Below are positions 40,920 through 51,385 of a DNA stretch of 64,000 nt, piece after piece (within the stretch, counting starts at the first letter, position 1; each line of letters begins with the position of its first letter). The notes beneath the pieces are model-generated. The model made no database searches, had not been told where the DNA came from, and was given only the letters and a program-made list of their open reading frames with translations. The stretch spans positions 1,400-65,399 of the forward strand of contig JBMZDK010000001.1 in the NCBI GenBank assembly GCA_049614265.1, written 5' to 3'. Source of the stretch: Thiolinea sp. (GTDB taxonomy: Bacteria; Pseudomonadota; Gammaproteobacteria; Thiotrichales; Thiotrichaceae). A program made the position numbers and the translations under genes.

Positions 40920-43829
40920 TCAGGCTTTAATCTTTTGTTGTGCTTTTAACCACTTGCTGAGTTTGGCTGATAATTCATCAATACGTACAGGCTTGGATAA
41001 ATAATCATTCATACCCACCATGTAGCACTTTTCATCATCACCCTTCATCGTATGCGCAGTTAAAGCCAGAATAGGCAGCTTCTGAAACTGATCTTCTTCC
41101 AACTTGCGAATTTTACGTGTTGCCTCATAACCATCCATAACCGGCATCTGACAATCCATCAAAATCAGATCATAATCAACGGCCTGAACAGCAGTTAAGG
41201 CCTGCTCACCATTAGCAGCATGATCAACGTTTAGATAACCCAGCTTTTTCAGCATCGCCAGCGCCACCTTCTGATTCACCAGATTATCCTCAACTAATAA
41301 CAAACGGGCTGCCAATAGTTCGTTTTTTATCTCTTTTTCAGGCTGAGATAATTTTGCCGGATTGGACGATGCTGCTTCATCTTCCTCTTCATTGACATTA
41401 GCCTTGCCTTCTTTCCAGCTCTGGAGATCACTCTCAGATTCCCGGACAGGTTTATCGGAAACATGCCCCAGGCGCTGTAAGTAGCTTAGAATGATCGAGT
41501 GTTTGATCGGCTTGGGCAAAATATGAATGCGCCGCCCCAAATCAATACCGCCCAGTGCCTCCAGTTGCTTATTATTGCCATAAATAATAATGGCTTCCTG
41601 TGTAATCTCTCTGATGGCAGCAATAACTGAAAGCATTCCCAATGGGTGTCTCGGTTTGTGGTAAACCATGTCGGCATCCAGGGCGATAACAGAAAAGCTA
41701 TTGTTTTCCTCCAATGCTGCCAACAGATTATTCAGGGTATTTGTGACTACCGGAAGCAAGTGCCAATCCAACAGCTGTTTTTCATAATAATTATTAAGCG
41801 TTAAATTATTTCCCAACAATAACACAGAGATATTATCAGCCAGCTCGGGGGCCATTTTTTCACTGCCAGCAGGTTCAACCATAATGGTTGCCCAGAAAGT
41901 AGACCCCTTACCATGCTTGCTGCGCAGCCCAATCTCGCCTCCCATCAGGTGAGTAAGGCGTTTACAAATGGTTAAACCCAAGCCGGTGCCGCCATGCTGA
42001 CGGGTACTCGAACCATCAACCTGAGTAAAGGCTTTAAACAGCGTTTCCTGCGCGTCTAAAGGTATACCTGACCCACTGTCATGTACCTCAAAACACAGCT
42101 TGGATTTTGTATTATCCTCATCCTGCTCCGGTGCCGAAATGACTAAAATGACGTAACCACGATCAGTAAATTTAATTGCATTGTTTATAAGGTTAATCAG
42201 AATCTGGCGAATACGAATAGGGTCAGCAATCAGCCGTTGTGGAACGTCAGGATCCACAAAGTAAGCTAACTCAACGTTTTTGCAATATGCCTGTTCGCCA
42301 AGCAAATCCATCACGCCTTCAATAAGCGGCATCAGATCAAAGCTGGAATTATTGATTGTCAGTTTGCCTGCCTCAATCTTTGAGACATCCAGAATATCGT
42401 TAATAATGCGTAACAGGGACTCTGCACTTTGCAGAACCGTTTGTGTCAGTTCACGCTGGGAACGATTCAGGCCACTGTCCAGCAATAAAGTGCTCATACC
42501 AATGACACCATTCATTGGAGTACGAATTTCATGACTCATATTAGCCAGGAATTCCGATTTCATCCGTGTCGATTGCAGCGCTTTCTCATGAGCCTGCTCA
42601 AGCTCACTCGCAGCCTGCAATTGTTGGGTGATATCCCGGACAACACCGGTGAAGATAACCGTGTCTTCTACTCTGGCCTCATTGACTGACAGCTCAATCT
42701 GAAACAGAGTGCCATCCTTACGCCGGGCTTCCATTTGGCGCATCTTCCCGACATAACCATACCCCCCGGTATTCAAATAATTTTGCAGGTAGCTGTCATG
42801 ATGAGTCGCGACATTTTCTGCCATTAACAAGCTAATATTACGGCCGATTAACTCCTCAGGCGTGTAACCAAACAGATCAAGCACGGCAGGATTGGTTTCA
42901 ATAATTGTGCCCTGATTGTTGATGACGATAATGGCATCCAGAATTGAATCAACAATGGCTTTGGTTTTGATTTGACTGGCATGTAAATCACGGGACAGTC
43001 TTTCTCTCTCATCAATCCCGGACAGTAATTTTTGGTTCGCTATTTTGGCCTCTTTCTCAGCCACTTTGGCATTTACCAGAGACACACGCATGCTGCGCAA
43101 TGCCAACATCAGAACAATGAGCAATGTCGCACCCATAATCGTCAGCATCAAAAATGACTGCAGCATCAATTCACGTGTTTCAAATGCCAGAGAACCCAGT
43201 GGCTGCGTAATTGATAAAACCCCGCGAACATCCCCTTCCTTCCAGTCCGTTTTAGGTGTTCCGGGATAGCTGTTATGACAGGAGACACAACTGGCTGACA
43301 GACGATCGGCACGCGCATAACGCAAGACACTACTGCCATCCTGATCTTCAATTCGCCAGACCGGCTGCTTTGGGTTTGCCCGTAACTGTTCTATCGCCCA
43401 GCGTTCAAAATCATCTTTCGCTCCGCCCTCATTTTTCGCTACCCGCCATGGAAAGGGGTGATTACTGTATAAGCGCACGCCAACACTGGAGTTCTCCGCC
43501 GCCAGAAATTTGCCAAAGTCCATCGACAAGGTAGCAGGCAGCGGTAATTTTCCGGAGTTCTGATAGTCATGACTAAACTCGATACCGTGTGTTTTTGCCG
43601 GGCCAACAACTTTTTGAGAGTAAAAGGTTCTGAATTTAGCCACTGAATCAGCAAAATTACTGGCTTCATTAACCAGTGTACGTTCCTGAATCGACTGGCT
43701 TTGCTGTTGATTAAACCAAAAAACAAATGCAGTCCCCACTACAATGAGAGTGGACAAAATATAAGCTACATAACGACTCAGGAAACCGCCTTCCCGCACA
43801 CTCAGAAACTTATCAATGTTATTATTCAT
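40920..43829 (-). CDS. Hybrid sensor histidine kinase: periplasmic DUF3365-like (CxxCH), PAS, HisKA, HATPase, two receiver domains
   Basis: TM-periplasmic-TM layout; CVSCH; FLANMSHEIRTPMNG; NLINNAIKF, DSGSG, GGTGLGL; LLVEDN, LILMDCQMP, YLSKP. The start is uncertain (43829, 43853 or 43877). Confidence 0.93.
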   Translation of the reverse strand: MNNNIDKFLSVREGGFLSRYVAYILSTLIVVGTAFVFWFNQQQSQSIQERTLVNEASNFADSVAKFRTFYSQKVVGPAKTHGIEFSHDYQNSGKLPLPATLSMDFGKFLAAENSSVGVRLYSNHPFPWRVAKNEGGAKDDFERWAIEQLRANPKQPVWRIEDQDGSSVLRYARADRLSASCVSCHNSYPGTPKTDWKEGDVRGVLSITQPLGSLAFETRELMLQSFLMLTIMGATLLIVLMLALRSMRVSLVNAKVAEKEAKIANQKLLSGIDERERLSRDLHASQIKTKAIVDSILDAIIVINNQGTIIETNPAVLDLFGYTPEELIGRNISLLMAENVATHHDSYLQNYLNTGGYGYVGKMRQMEARRKDGTLFQIELSVNEARVEDTVIFTGVVRDITQQLQAASELEQAHEKALQSTRMKSEFLANMSHEIRTPMNGVIGMSTLLLDSGLNRSQRELTQTVLQSAESLLRIINDILDVSKIEAGKLTINNSSFDLMPLIEGVMDLLGEQAYCKNVELAYFVDPDVPQRLIADPIRIRQILINLINNAIKFTDRGYVILVISAPEQDEDNTKSKLCFEVHDSGSGIPLDAQETLFKAFTQVDGSSTRQHGGTGLGLTICKRLTHLMGGEIGLRSKHGKGSTFWATIMVEPAGSEKMAPELADNISVLLLGNNLTLNNYYEKQLLDWHLLPVVTNTLNNLLAALEENNSFSVIALDADMVYHKPRHPLGMLSVIAAIREITQEAIIIYGNNKQLEALGGIDLGRRIHILPKPIKHSIILSYLQRLGHVSDKPVRESESDLQSWKEGKANVNEEEDEAASSNPAKLSQPEKEIKNELLAARLLLVEDNLVNQKVALAMLKKLGYLNVDHAANGEQALTAVQAVDYDLILMDCQMPVMDGYEATRKIRKLEEDQFQKLPILALTAHTMKGDDEKCYMVGMNDYLSKPVRIDELSAKLSKWLKAQQKIKA

Positions 43830-44088
43830 ATTCTTTTCTGTTTTTTGACGCATAACCGCGAACGAAAACGCACGCAAAGGCCAGTTTTTCCACTACACCG
43901 ACAAAGCTACACCCCGAACCTTAACTTTACGATGAATGGCATCCTCCCAGACAACGATTCAGAAGGTGAAGACACGGGAAAACACCCGGGAGCATCATAA
44001 CGCCATCACACTGAATGCAGAGAAATTTCAGACCAATTGTATGGCTACCCCACCAACCATTACATCTTATCCAACCGGCAAACCCTCA

Positions 44089-44532
44089 TTAGCCAGCTGT
44101 ATTTTTTTCAACCCAACGCGTCTCACCGCCCGCCAACGTTTCACATTTCCAGAACGGCGCATTATGTTTAAGCGCTTCCATAATCGAACGACAGGCCTCA
44201 AAGCTGGCATTACGATGTGCTGACCATACCGCGACCAGAACGATCGGATCACCCGGCAAGATATCCCCTACCCGGTGCAAAAGCAGGACATGATCCAACC
44301 CCCATTGCGTTACAGCAGAATCAACAATTATCGACAGCTGTTTTTCGGTCATCGCCGGGTAATGTTCCAGTCGCATTGCCTGGACATCATCACCTTCATT
44401 AAAATCACGCATCGTGCCAATAAAATTCGCGTTTGCGCCACACTGACTGGCAATAAAAGCGTCCTGAGCCTGAAAATTTACCAGTTCAACCCAGGGATCC
44501 AAACTATTCTCATGAACCGCAATGCGAATCAT
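44089..44532 (-). CDS. moaE: Molybdopterin synthase catalytic subunit
   Basis: FIGTMRD, LEHYPAMTEK, LHRVG, SAHRNASF, LKHNAPFWK. Confidence 0.95.
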   Translation of the reverse strand: MIRIAVHENSLDPWVELVNFQAQDAFIASQCGANANFIGTMRDFNEGDDVQAMRLEHYPAMTEKQLSIIVDSAVTQWGLDHVLLLHRVGDILPGDPIVLVAVWSAHRNASFEACRSIMEALKHNAPFWKCETLAGGETRWVEKNTAG

Positions 44533-44533
44533 C

Positions 44534-44764
44534 TCACCCTCCGGTCACCGGTGGGAAAAAAGCGACTTCATCCCCGTCTGCTACCATAGTATCAGCATGG
44601 CAATATTCCTGATTGCAGGCAACCAGCGTACTTTCTGCTAAACCATCATCACCAACGATTTGTTGCCAGAGGCCACCTGTTGTCATTCCATCTTTCCAAT
44701 CAAGCTCTACCCGGCTTTGCCCGGTTTGCTCACGCAGGCTGGCAAAAAACAGTACCGTTACCAT
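44534..44764 (-). CDS. moaD: Molybdopterin synthase sulfur carrier
   Basis: VLFFASLRE, ACNQEY, DEVAFFPPVTGG (C-terminal GG). Start refined to ATG 44764. Confidence 0.95.
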   Translation of the reverse strand: MVTVLFFASLREQTGQSRVELDWKDGMTTGGLWQQIVGDDGLAESTLVACNQEYCHADTMVADGDEVAFFPPVTGG

Positions 44765-44780
44765 ATTCTCTATCCTTTCT

Positions 44781-47270
44781 TCAGATGTGCCCAAAGGGCT
44801 GAACAGTTACCAGATCACCCTTGCTCACACCGGCATTCGTTTCAGGCAGCACTATAAAGCAGTTTGCACGACTCATTGACGTCAGAATGCCCGATCCCTG
44901 GTGCCCGGCTTTTTCCACCGTTAACCTACCCTGATCATCATGATGCAAAATCGCCCGCAATAATTCAGTGCGCCCCGGCTTTTTGCGTAAATTATTCTGG
45001 CATGCCGCTTGTACAAGCAGTGGCTCATAATCCCGCTCACCAGCCAGCTTAATCAGCGCCGGTTTGACAAACAGGTGAAAGGTCACCATGACTGCAACCG
45101 GATTGCCCGGCAAACCAAAAAACAATGCATCACCAAGACGACCAAATGTTAGCGGCCGCCCCGGCTTAATTGCAATTTTCCAGAAATTCATTTCCCCAAG
45201 CCGGCTCAGAATCCCCTTGATATAATCCGCTTCCCCCACTGAGACGCCACCGGATGTAATAACCACATCCGCATTTGCGGATGCCTCACGAAACGCGGCT
45301 TCCAGTAATTCAGGTTCGTCAGGAACCACTCCCATATCAATGATATCCATCCCCAAATCACTGAGCAGGCTGTACAGAGTGTAACGGTTGCTATCATAAA
45401 TACACCCCGTTTCAAGCGGCTCGCCAATCGAGCGTAATTCATCCCCGGTTGAGAAAAATGCAACCCTGGGACGCCGATACACTTCGGTTTCAGCAATCCC
45501 CAGTGAAGCCAGCAATCCCATGTCTGCTGCCGTAATACGGCGCCCACGGATTAATACAGTTTGTCCGGCTGCAATATCCTCTCCGGCATGACGCACATTT
45601 TGACCGGCCTTATGACCACATCCCAGTCTAACCCGCTCACCTGACAGAGCTTCGCTCTGCTCCTGCATCACAACCGTGTCCGTACCTTCCGGCATTATTG
45701 CACCGGTCATGATTCGCACACACTGCCCTGTTTCACATAGCTCATTAAAAGGCTTGCCTGCAAACGCAGTACCAACAACCGGGTAATCACGCACTGTATC
45801 GACTGGCAAGCCGGAACCCGCCAGAGCATAGCCATCCATTGCAGAATTAGTATGTGCCGGAACATTTAACGGGGAAATAATATCTCCGGCTAACACCTGA
45901 CCCAGGGTATCTCTCAGCGGACGTTTAATATAGGAAGTTAATGGTTTAACAGCTGCCATTAAATTCTGCCTGGCCTCCTGTAACGAAAGGCTGTCCGGAT
46001 CGCTGGCATCTGCACAGCTGGGGGCGGAGCGAATCGTATTGCCAGCGGTATTATTTTCAGATTGTTGAGGCATCCCGGCAAAATACCCGGCAGCATTCTG
46101 GTCTGATGATTTGGTCAGCTTTAGTGCCGGAGGTAATGGTAAATTCCCGTTAACAACCCGCGCCATAATGAATTGCACAATATCTTCCGGGGCATTCAGA
46201 TCCAGCTGCAAAATGTTTCGTGTTGTCTCCGCAACCTCTGGAGGCGTATCACAGATCAGGGCAATAATGTGTTTGTCTTCGGGAAACAATAAAGGTTTAT
46301 TGAGCACAGGGCGGTGAACTTCCAGCTTAGGGAAGGCCTCATGCTTAAACCCCTCAACCAGAATCAGATCTGCACAATCCGGATTCACCAACTTCATGGC
46401 ATCCTGCAGCGAAGGTTCTGTCTGCCCGGAACATTCCTGCATAATTGCCATACGGGTGCTGGCAGCAAGAATTACCTGATCCGCTCCGGCCTCACGAAAC
46501 TTAAAACTGTCTTTTCCGGGCTGATCCAGCTCTATTTTATGGTGGCCATGCTTAATCACCGTAAGATTCAGCCCTTCTGCTTTCAGCAATGGGATCAACT
46601 GGGTTAGCAGGGTTGTTTTTCCAGTACCGCTATAAGCACAGATACCTACAATAGGCGTTGCCTTCATCGCATCTTCAAGTGCCAATTTTTGCTCAGGAGT
46701 ATTCATATTACGAAACATTGTCGGCACATCGGAAAAGTCCACAGTCGCCATTTTATGTTGTGCATACCAACGATCAATTTTACGTTCACCACTGGCAAGA
46801 AAAGTATTCAGGCTCTCCAGCAGAGCAACCGGAATCAATGCATGCACCGGTTGCAGGCGTTCACCATCATGCGCCACGGCTAACTCCGCACCTTCATTTC
46901 GCACGGCGTCCAGCATACGCTGCGCCATATCAGGCGCAACCTCCGGCCCATCACAGGGCAATGTCATAATCCAGGGAGTATCAACATGCTGCAGTGCAGT
47001 GGCAAAACCAGCCAGCGGCCCCTGAAAATCACTGAGTTGGTCGCTGACAACGTCCACACCGTAACGCTGATAAACCTCCTGGTTACGATTCGCATTAATC
47101 AGTACCTGGTTCAACTGTGGCTTCAGTGCGGTCAGCAAATAATCCACCAGTGGTTTGCCATTCAGTTCAACCAGTCCTTTATCCTGCCCACCGAGGCGTC
47201 TGCCCATGCCCCCCGCCAGAATAACACCGGTAATTAACTGTTGTGCCTGGGTTTTCGCTGAATCGCTCAT
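44781..47270 (-). CDS. mobA-mobB-moeA: Triple fusion MobA (MGD guanylyltransferase) - MobB (adaptor GTPase) - MoeA (molybdopterin molybdotransferase)
   Basis: One open frame: ILAGGMGRRLGGQDKG (MobA), AYSGTGKTT / IKHGHH / LVEGFK (MobB), SAMDGYAL / STGDEL / TSGGVSVG / GLPGNP (MoeA). Probable start ATG 47270. Confidence 0.93.
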   Translation of the reverse strand: MSDSAKTQAQQLITGVILAGGMGRRLGGQDKGLVELNGKPLVDYLLTALKPQLNQVLINANRNQEVYQRYGVDVVSDQLSDFQGPLAGFATALQHVDTPWIMTLPCDGPEVAPDMAQRMLDAVRNEGAELAVAHDGERLQPVHALIPVALLESLNTFLASGERKIDRWYAQHKMATVDFSDVPTMFRNMNTPEQKLALEDAMKATPIVGICAYSGTGKTTLLTQLIPLLKAEGLNLTVIKHGHHKIELDQPGKDSFKFREAGADQVILAASTRMAIMQECSGQTEPSLQDAMKLVNPDCADLILVEGFKHEAFPKLEVHRPVLNKPLLFPEDKHIIALICDTPPEVAETTRNILQLDLNAPEDIVQFIMARVVNGNLPLPPALKLTKSSDQNAAGYFAGMPQQSENNTAGNTIRSAPSCADASDPDSLSLQEARQNLMAAVKPLTSYIKRPLRDTLGQVLAGDIISPLNVPAHTNSAMDGYALAGSGLPVDTVRDYPVVGTAFAGKPFNELCETGQCVRIMTGAIMPEGTDTVVMQEQSEALSGERVRLGCGHKAGQNVRHAGEDIAAGQTVLIRGRRITAADMGLLASLGIAETEVYRRPRVAFFSTGDELRSIGEPLETGCIYDSNRYTLYSLLSDLGMDIIDMGVVPDEPELLEAAFREASANADVVITSGGVSVGEADYIKGILSRLGEMNFWKIAIKPGRPLTFGRLGDALFFGLPGNPVAVMVTFHLFVKPALIKLAGERDYEPLLVQAACQNNLRKKPGRTELLRAILHHDDQGRLTVEKAGHQGSGILTSMSRANCFIVLPETNAGVSKGDLVTVQPFGHI

Positions 47271-47349
47271 GCTGTTACCTGTGGAATCAAAAACCGGGCC
47301 ATCAGACCGGATGTAAGAGGCGGTGAAAACAAGACCATCATTATCCTGT

Positions 47350-48009
47350 TCATGTTGCTGCGGTCGCAACTTTCTGTTGCTCAAGGTGAAGATGACGCTC
47401 AGCCATGCCCTTGAAAAGCACCGGGTCATGGCTAGTCACCATTAGCGCAACACCTTCAGCACATAACTGACGCATCAACTCCAGCGTTTTATCACGTGCC
47501 TGACTATCCATGCTCGCAGTTGGTTCATCCAATAACAAAGCCTGCGGCCGTCGTAGCCTGGCCCGCGCAATCGCAACCCGCTGGCACTCACCACCTGACA
47601 GGCTTTTAGCATTGGAATCAATAATATCACCCAACCCCGCCCAGGCACTAATGGCCTGAATTTGTTGCTGTCGTTCTGTTTTGTTCAACTGACGTGGCAA
47701 AGCATAATCAAGATTATGCCAGACTGTGCCACTAAACATATAGGGTTGCTGATGCAGATACATGACTCTTTTTTGCAAAAGATTTCGGCCTGCCCGCCAG
47801 TTATATTCATCATTGCCAAATGCCACCAGGCATGTATCCGGCTTCTCCAGGCCGGCCAGAATACGCATCAGCGTTGTTTTCCCGCTGCCATTTTTTCCGG
47901 TCAGCAAAATACATTCGCCCGCCGTCAGCGTCAGGTCAACATTCTTCAGCACCGTGCGTTTGCCAAAACATTTGCTCAGCTGGCTATAAACCAAACGGGA
48001 TACTGTCAC
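47350..48009 (-). CDS. tupC: Tungstate-type ABC transporter ATP-binding subunit
   Basis: GKNGSGKTT, LSGGECQR, LLDEPT, TSHD. GTGA overlap with tupB. Confidence 0.8.
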   Translation of the reverse strand: MTVSRLVYSQLSKCFGKRTVLKNVDLTLTAGECILLTGKNGSGKTTLMRILAGLEKPDTCLVAFGNDEYNWRAGRNLLQKRVMYLHQQPYMFSGTVWHNLDYALPRQLNKTERQQQIQAISAWAGLGDIIDSNAKSLSGGECQRVAIARARLRRPQALLLDEPTASMDSQARDKTLELMRQLCAEGVALMVTSHDPVLFKGMAERHLHLEQQKVATAAT

Positions 48010-48707
48010 GGTGTGATATGCCCCCTACCCTGGAAATATTGCAACAGAATATTCAAAGTAAAAGCCATCAACAGTAAAACCATACCCAGTGCAATACCCT
48101 GAGCAAATTCGCCTTTGCTGGTTTCCAGCGCAATTGCAGTGGGAATATTACGCGTGTAATTAAGAATATTCCCCCCCAGCATCATCGATGCCCCAACCTC
48201 GGCAATAATCCGCCCAAATGCTGCCAGCATCGCCGCCATCAGGCCAAAACGCACCTCAAACAGCACCGTAAGAAAAGCACGCGCTTTCGAAGCACCTAGC
48301 ATACGCGCCGTTTCCCAGGCCCTGCGGTCAGAGGCCTGCAGACTCACATGGCACATAGACACCAGCAAAGGAAACGCCAGCGCTATCTGGCCCAACACCA
48401 TCGCCGACTGAGTGAACAACAAGCGTAAATCGCCCAATGGCCCTTGTCGTGATAAGACCAGATACAGTGTCAGTCCAATGACGACTGCCGGAACCGACAT
48501 TAGGGTAGAAAAAATGGAAATCAGCAAACGCCGCCCCGGAAACTGTGCATAAGCCAGCGCAAATGAAATCAGTAATGCCGGGAAGATAGCTATTGCCAGC
48601 GCGGTCGTTGACACCCGGAAAGAAATGGCCACAATATTCCACAGTTCCTGGTCACCGGTAAACAGTAACTCCCACGCATTCAGGGTATGAGCAATAAGGG
48701 CTTCCAT
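48006..48707 (-). CDS. tupB: Tungstate ABC transporter permease
   Basis: FPGRR, PAVVIGL, SRQGPLG, LLFTQSAM, FGRIIAEVGASMMLGGNI, TAIALETSKGEF. Confidence 0.88.
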   Translation of the reverse strand: MEALIAHTLNAWELLFTGDQELWNIVAISFRVSTTALAIAIFPALLISFALAYAQFPGRRLLISIFSTLMSVPAVVIGLTLYLVLSRQGPLGDLRLLFTQSAMVLGQIALAFPLLVSMCHVSLQASDRRAWETARMLGASKARAFLTVLFEVRFGLMAAMLAAFGRIIAEVGASMMLGGNILNYTRNIPTAIALETSKGEFAQGIALGMVLLLMAFTLNILLQYFQGRGHITP

Positions 48708-48943
48708 CTTGTGTCAATCACAGGCTCAGATTAAAGTCAGTGGCGAATCCTACCAGTAATAACGGCACATGCAAAAAGTATCAGGAATTTTACCACGGGT
48801 TTGCCTGCAACATGATAAGGCTGTGTAAACCGGAAACTTGTGGTACTGCTTGTATCCGGAATAAACGGCATAAATCATGCTGAAAAAGCCTACAAAATTT
48901 ATCCCGGATACAAAAAGTGCCTAATCATTTCTACCCCATGAGT

Positions 48944-48970
48944 GATATAATATGGCCCCCGAGATATAAT
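48944..48970 (+). promoter_or_regulatory. Tandem GATATAAT (two consensus -10 boxes) upstream of icd
   Basis: TATAAT at 48946-48951 and 48965-48970, 60-85 bp before ATG 49031. Confidence 0.5.
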
Positions 48971-49030
48971 CCGCTGTATTTCCCGCAGTGATTTTTCGGA
49001 ACGGTTTCTCAATTTCTAACAGGTAGTCTT

Positions 49031-51286
49031 ATGGCCGATAATGCTAACAGCAATACTTCACCCACCATCATCTATACCAAAACAGATGAGGCACCTGCGC
49101 TGGCAACGCGTTCTCTTTTGCCAATTGTTCAGGCTTTCGCAGCAACAGCGGGAGTAAATGTGGAAATCCGCGATATTTCACTCGCCGGACGTGTCATTGC
49201 TGCTTTTCCGGAATATCTGAGTGAAGAACAACGTATTTCCGATGCGTTAAAGGAACTGGGGCAACTGACACAATCAGCTGATGCCAATATTATCAAACTG
49301 CCCAATATCAGTGCATCTATTCCACAACTGCGCGTAGTCATTGCGGAGCTGCAGGAGAAAGGCTATGCCCTGCCTGATTACCCGGATGAACCGGAAAATG
49401 ATGAACAGGAAAATGTTAAAGCCCGTTACAGCAAAATACTGGGCAGCGCTGTCAACCCGGTATTGCGTGAGGGTAACTCTGACCGCCGTGCTCCTGCTTC
49501 CGTAAAACAGTATGCCCGTAAAAACCCACACAGTATGGGTGTCTGGAGCATGGCCTCCCGCTCACATGTTGCCCATATGAAAGGCAAAGGTGATTTCTAC
49601 TCCAGCGAACAATCCACCGTGATGGATAAAGCCGGTAATGTCCGGATAGAATTTGTTGACAAGGCCAGTGGCGAAGTCACTGTGCTGAAAGCAGAAACAC
49701 CATTATTGGCGGGTGAAGTCATTGATGGCATGTTTATGAGTAAAAAAGCGTTGCGTCAGTTCTTTGAAGAACAAATGGAAGATGCGCGCGAGACAGATAT
49801 GCTGTTTTCGCTTCATGTTAAAGCCACCATGATGAAAGTGTCACACCCCATTGTTTTTGGTCATGCGGTGACCGTTTTTTACAAAAAACTGTTTGATAAA
49901 TGGGGTGAGACTTTCGAAAAGATTGGTGTTAATCCCAATAACGGCCTTGGCAATGTGTATATGCGCATCCAGGAACTGCCACAATCCAAGCGTGCCGAGA
50001 TTGAAGCCGATATCCGGGCCTGTTACATCAATCGCCCGGAAATCGCGATGGTGGATTCAGATCGTGGTATTTCTAATCTGCACGTACCGAGTGATGTGAT
50101 TGTGGACGCCTCTATGCCTGCAATGATTCGTAACTCCGGTAAAATGTGGGGCGCAGATGGCAAGTTGAAAGACACCAAAGCCGTCATCCCGGAAAGTACT
50201 TATGCCACCATCTACCAGGAAGTCATCAACTTCTGTAAAACCCACGGTGCTTTTGATCCGACCACCATGGGTACCGTGCCAAACGTTGGTTTGATGGCGA
50301 AAAAAGCAGAGGAATACGGCTCACACGATAAAACCTTTGAAATGACTGCTGACGGCACCATGCGGGTTGTCGATGATGAAGGCAATGTTCTGCTACAGCA
50401 TGAGGTTGAAGAAGGCGATATCTGGCGCATGTGCCAGACTAAGGATGAAGCCATTCGTGACTGGGTAAAACTGGCAGTGAAGCGCTCCCGTGCCTCTGGC
50501 ATGCCCGCTATTTTCTGGCTGGATCGCGGGCGGGCGCATGATATGCAATTACGTGACAAAGTGCAGGAATATCTGAAAGATCATAATACCGAAGGCCTGG
50601 ATATTCGCATTCTGTCTCCGGTTGTTGCTATTCGCCGTACCATGGAACGCCTGATTCGCGGCAAAGACACCATCTCCGTTACCGGCAATGTTCTGCGTGA
50701 TTATCTGACAGATTTGTTCCCGATTCTGGAACTGGGAACCAGTGCCAAAATGTTGTCCGTTGTACCACTGATGAATGGTGGTGGCATGTTTGAAACCGGA
50801 GCTGGTGGTTCCGCCCCCAAACACGTGCAGCAGTTCAATGAAGAAAACTACCTGCGCTGGGATTCACTGGGTGAGTTTCTGGCATTGGCAGTCTCACTGG
50901 AACACCTGTCTGAGAACACCCAGAACACACGGGCGCGTATTCTGGCGGACACGCTCGATATTGCTACCGGACAGCTATTAGAAAACAACAAATCCCCGCA
51001 GCGCAGAATCGGTGCGCTCGATAACCGTGGCAGCCATTTTTATCTTGCCTTTTACTGGGCACAGGCCCTGGCAGAACAGACAGAAGATAGCGAGCTACAG
51101 ACCGTGTTCAGTAAATTATCAGAGCAGCTCACCACAAATGAAAATGCTATTGTCAATGAACTAAACAATGTGCAGGGTGAAAGCACGGACATTGGTGGTT
51201 ATTACATGCCAGATGATGAAGCCGCCGACAAGGCAATGCGACCAAGCGCGCTGTTTAACGCAGCACTGGCATCACTGGCTTCATAG
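49031..51286 (+). CDS. icd: Monomeric NADP-dependent isocitrate dehydrogenase
   Basis: [62 protein letters not shown]. 751 aa. Confidence 0.98.
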   Translation: MADNANSNTSPTIIYTKTDEAPALATRSLLPIVQAFAATAGVNVEIRDISLAGRVIAAFPEYLSEEQRISDALKELGQLTQSADANIIKLPNISASIPQLRVVIAELQEKGYALPDYPDEPENDEQENVKARYSKILGSAVNPVLREGNSDRRAPASVKQYARKNPHSMGVWSMASRSHVAHMKGKGDFYSSEQSTVMDKAGNVRIEFVDKASGEVTVLKAETPLLAGEVIDGMFMSKKALRQFFEEQMEDARETDMLFSLHVKATMMKVSHPIVFGHAVTVFYKKLFDKWGETFEKIGVNPNNGLGNVYMRIQELPQSKRAEIEADIRACYINRPEIAMVDSDRGISNLHVPSDVIVDASMPAMIRNSGKMWGADGKLKDTKAVIPESTYATIYQEVINFCKTHGAFDPTTMGTVPNVGLMAKKAEEYGSHDKTFEMTADGTMRVVDDEGNVLLQHEVEEGDIWRMCQTKDEAIRDWVKLAVKRSRASGMPAIFWLDRGRAHDMQLRDKVQEYLKDHNTEGLDIRILSPVVAIRRTMERLIRGKDTISVTGNVLRDYLTDLFPILELGTSAKMLSVVPLMNGGGMFETGAGGSAPKHVQQFNEENYLRWDSLGEFLALAVSLEHLSENTQNTRARILADTLDIATGQLLENNKSPQRRIGALDNRGSHFYLAFYWAQALAEQTEDSELQTVFSKLSEQLTTNENAIVNELNNVQGESTDIGGYYMPDDEAADKAMRPSALFNAALASLAS

Positions 51287-51305
51287 TTAACGCAAGACTA
51301 TTAAC

Positions 51306-51337
51306 ACCTCCCTTTGTTCTTTTAAGCGAAGGGAGGT
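51306..51337. terminator. Hairpin ACCTCCCTT-N14-AAGGGAGGT after icd
   Basis: 9-bp stem 20 bp after the stop; no U-tract. Confidence 0.5.
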
Positions 51338-51385
51338 AGGCTACCTCTTATACGATTCAGCAAAGTCACATAAGGAGTCGCCTCA

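Noticed and set aside
48708-48900. Moco/Tuco riboswitch or ModE box before tupB
   Set aside because: No matching consensus was seen by eye; an Infernal search would be needed to exclude it fully.
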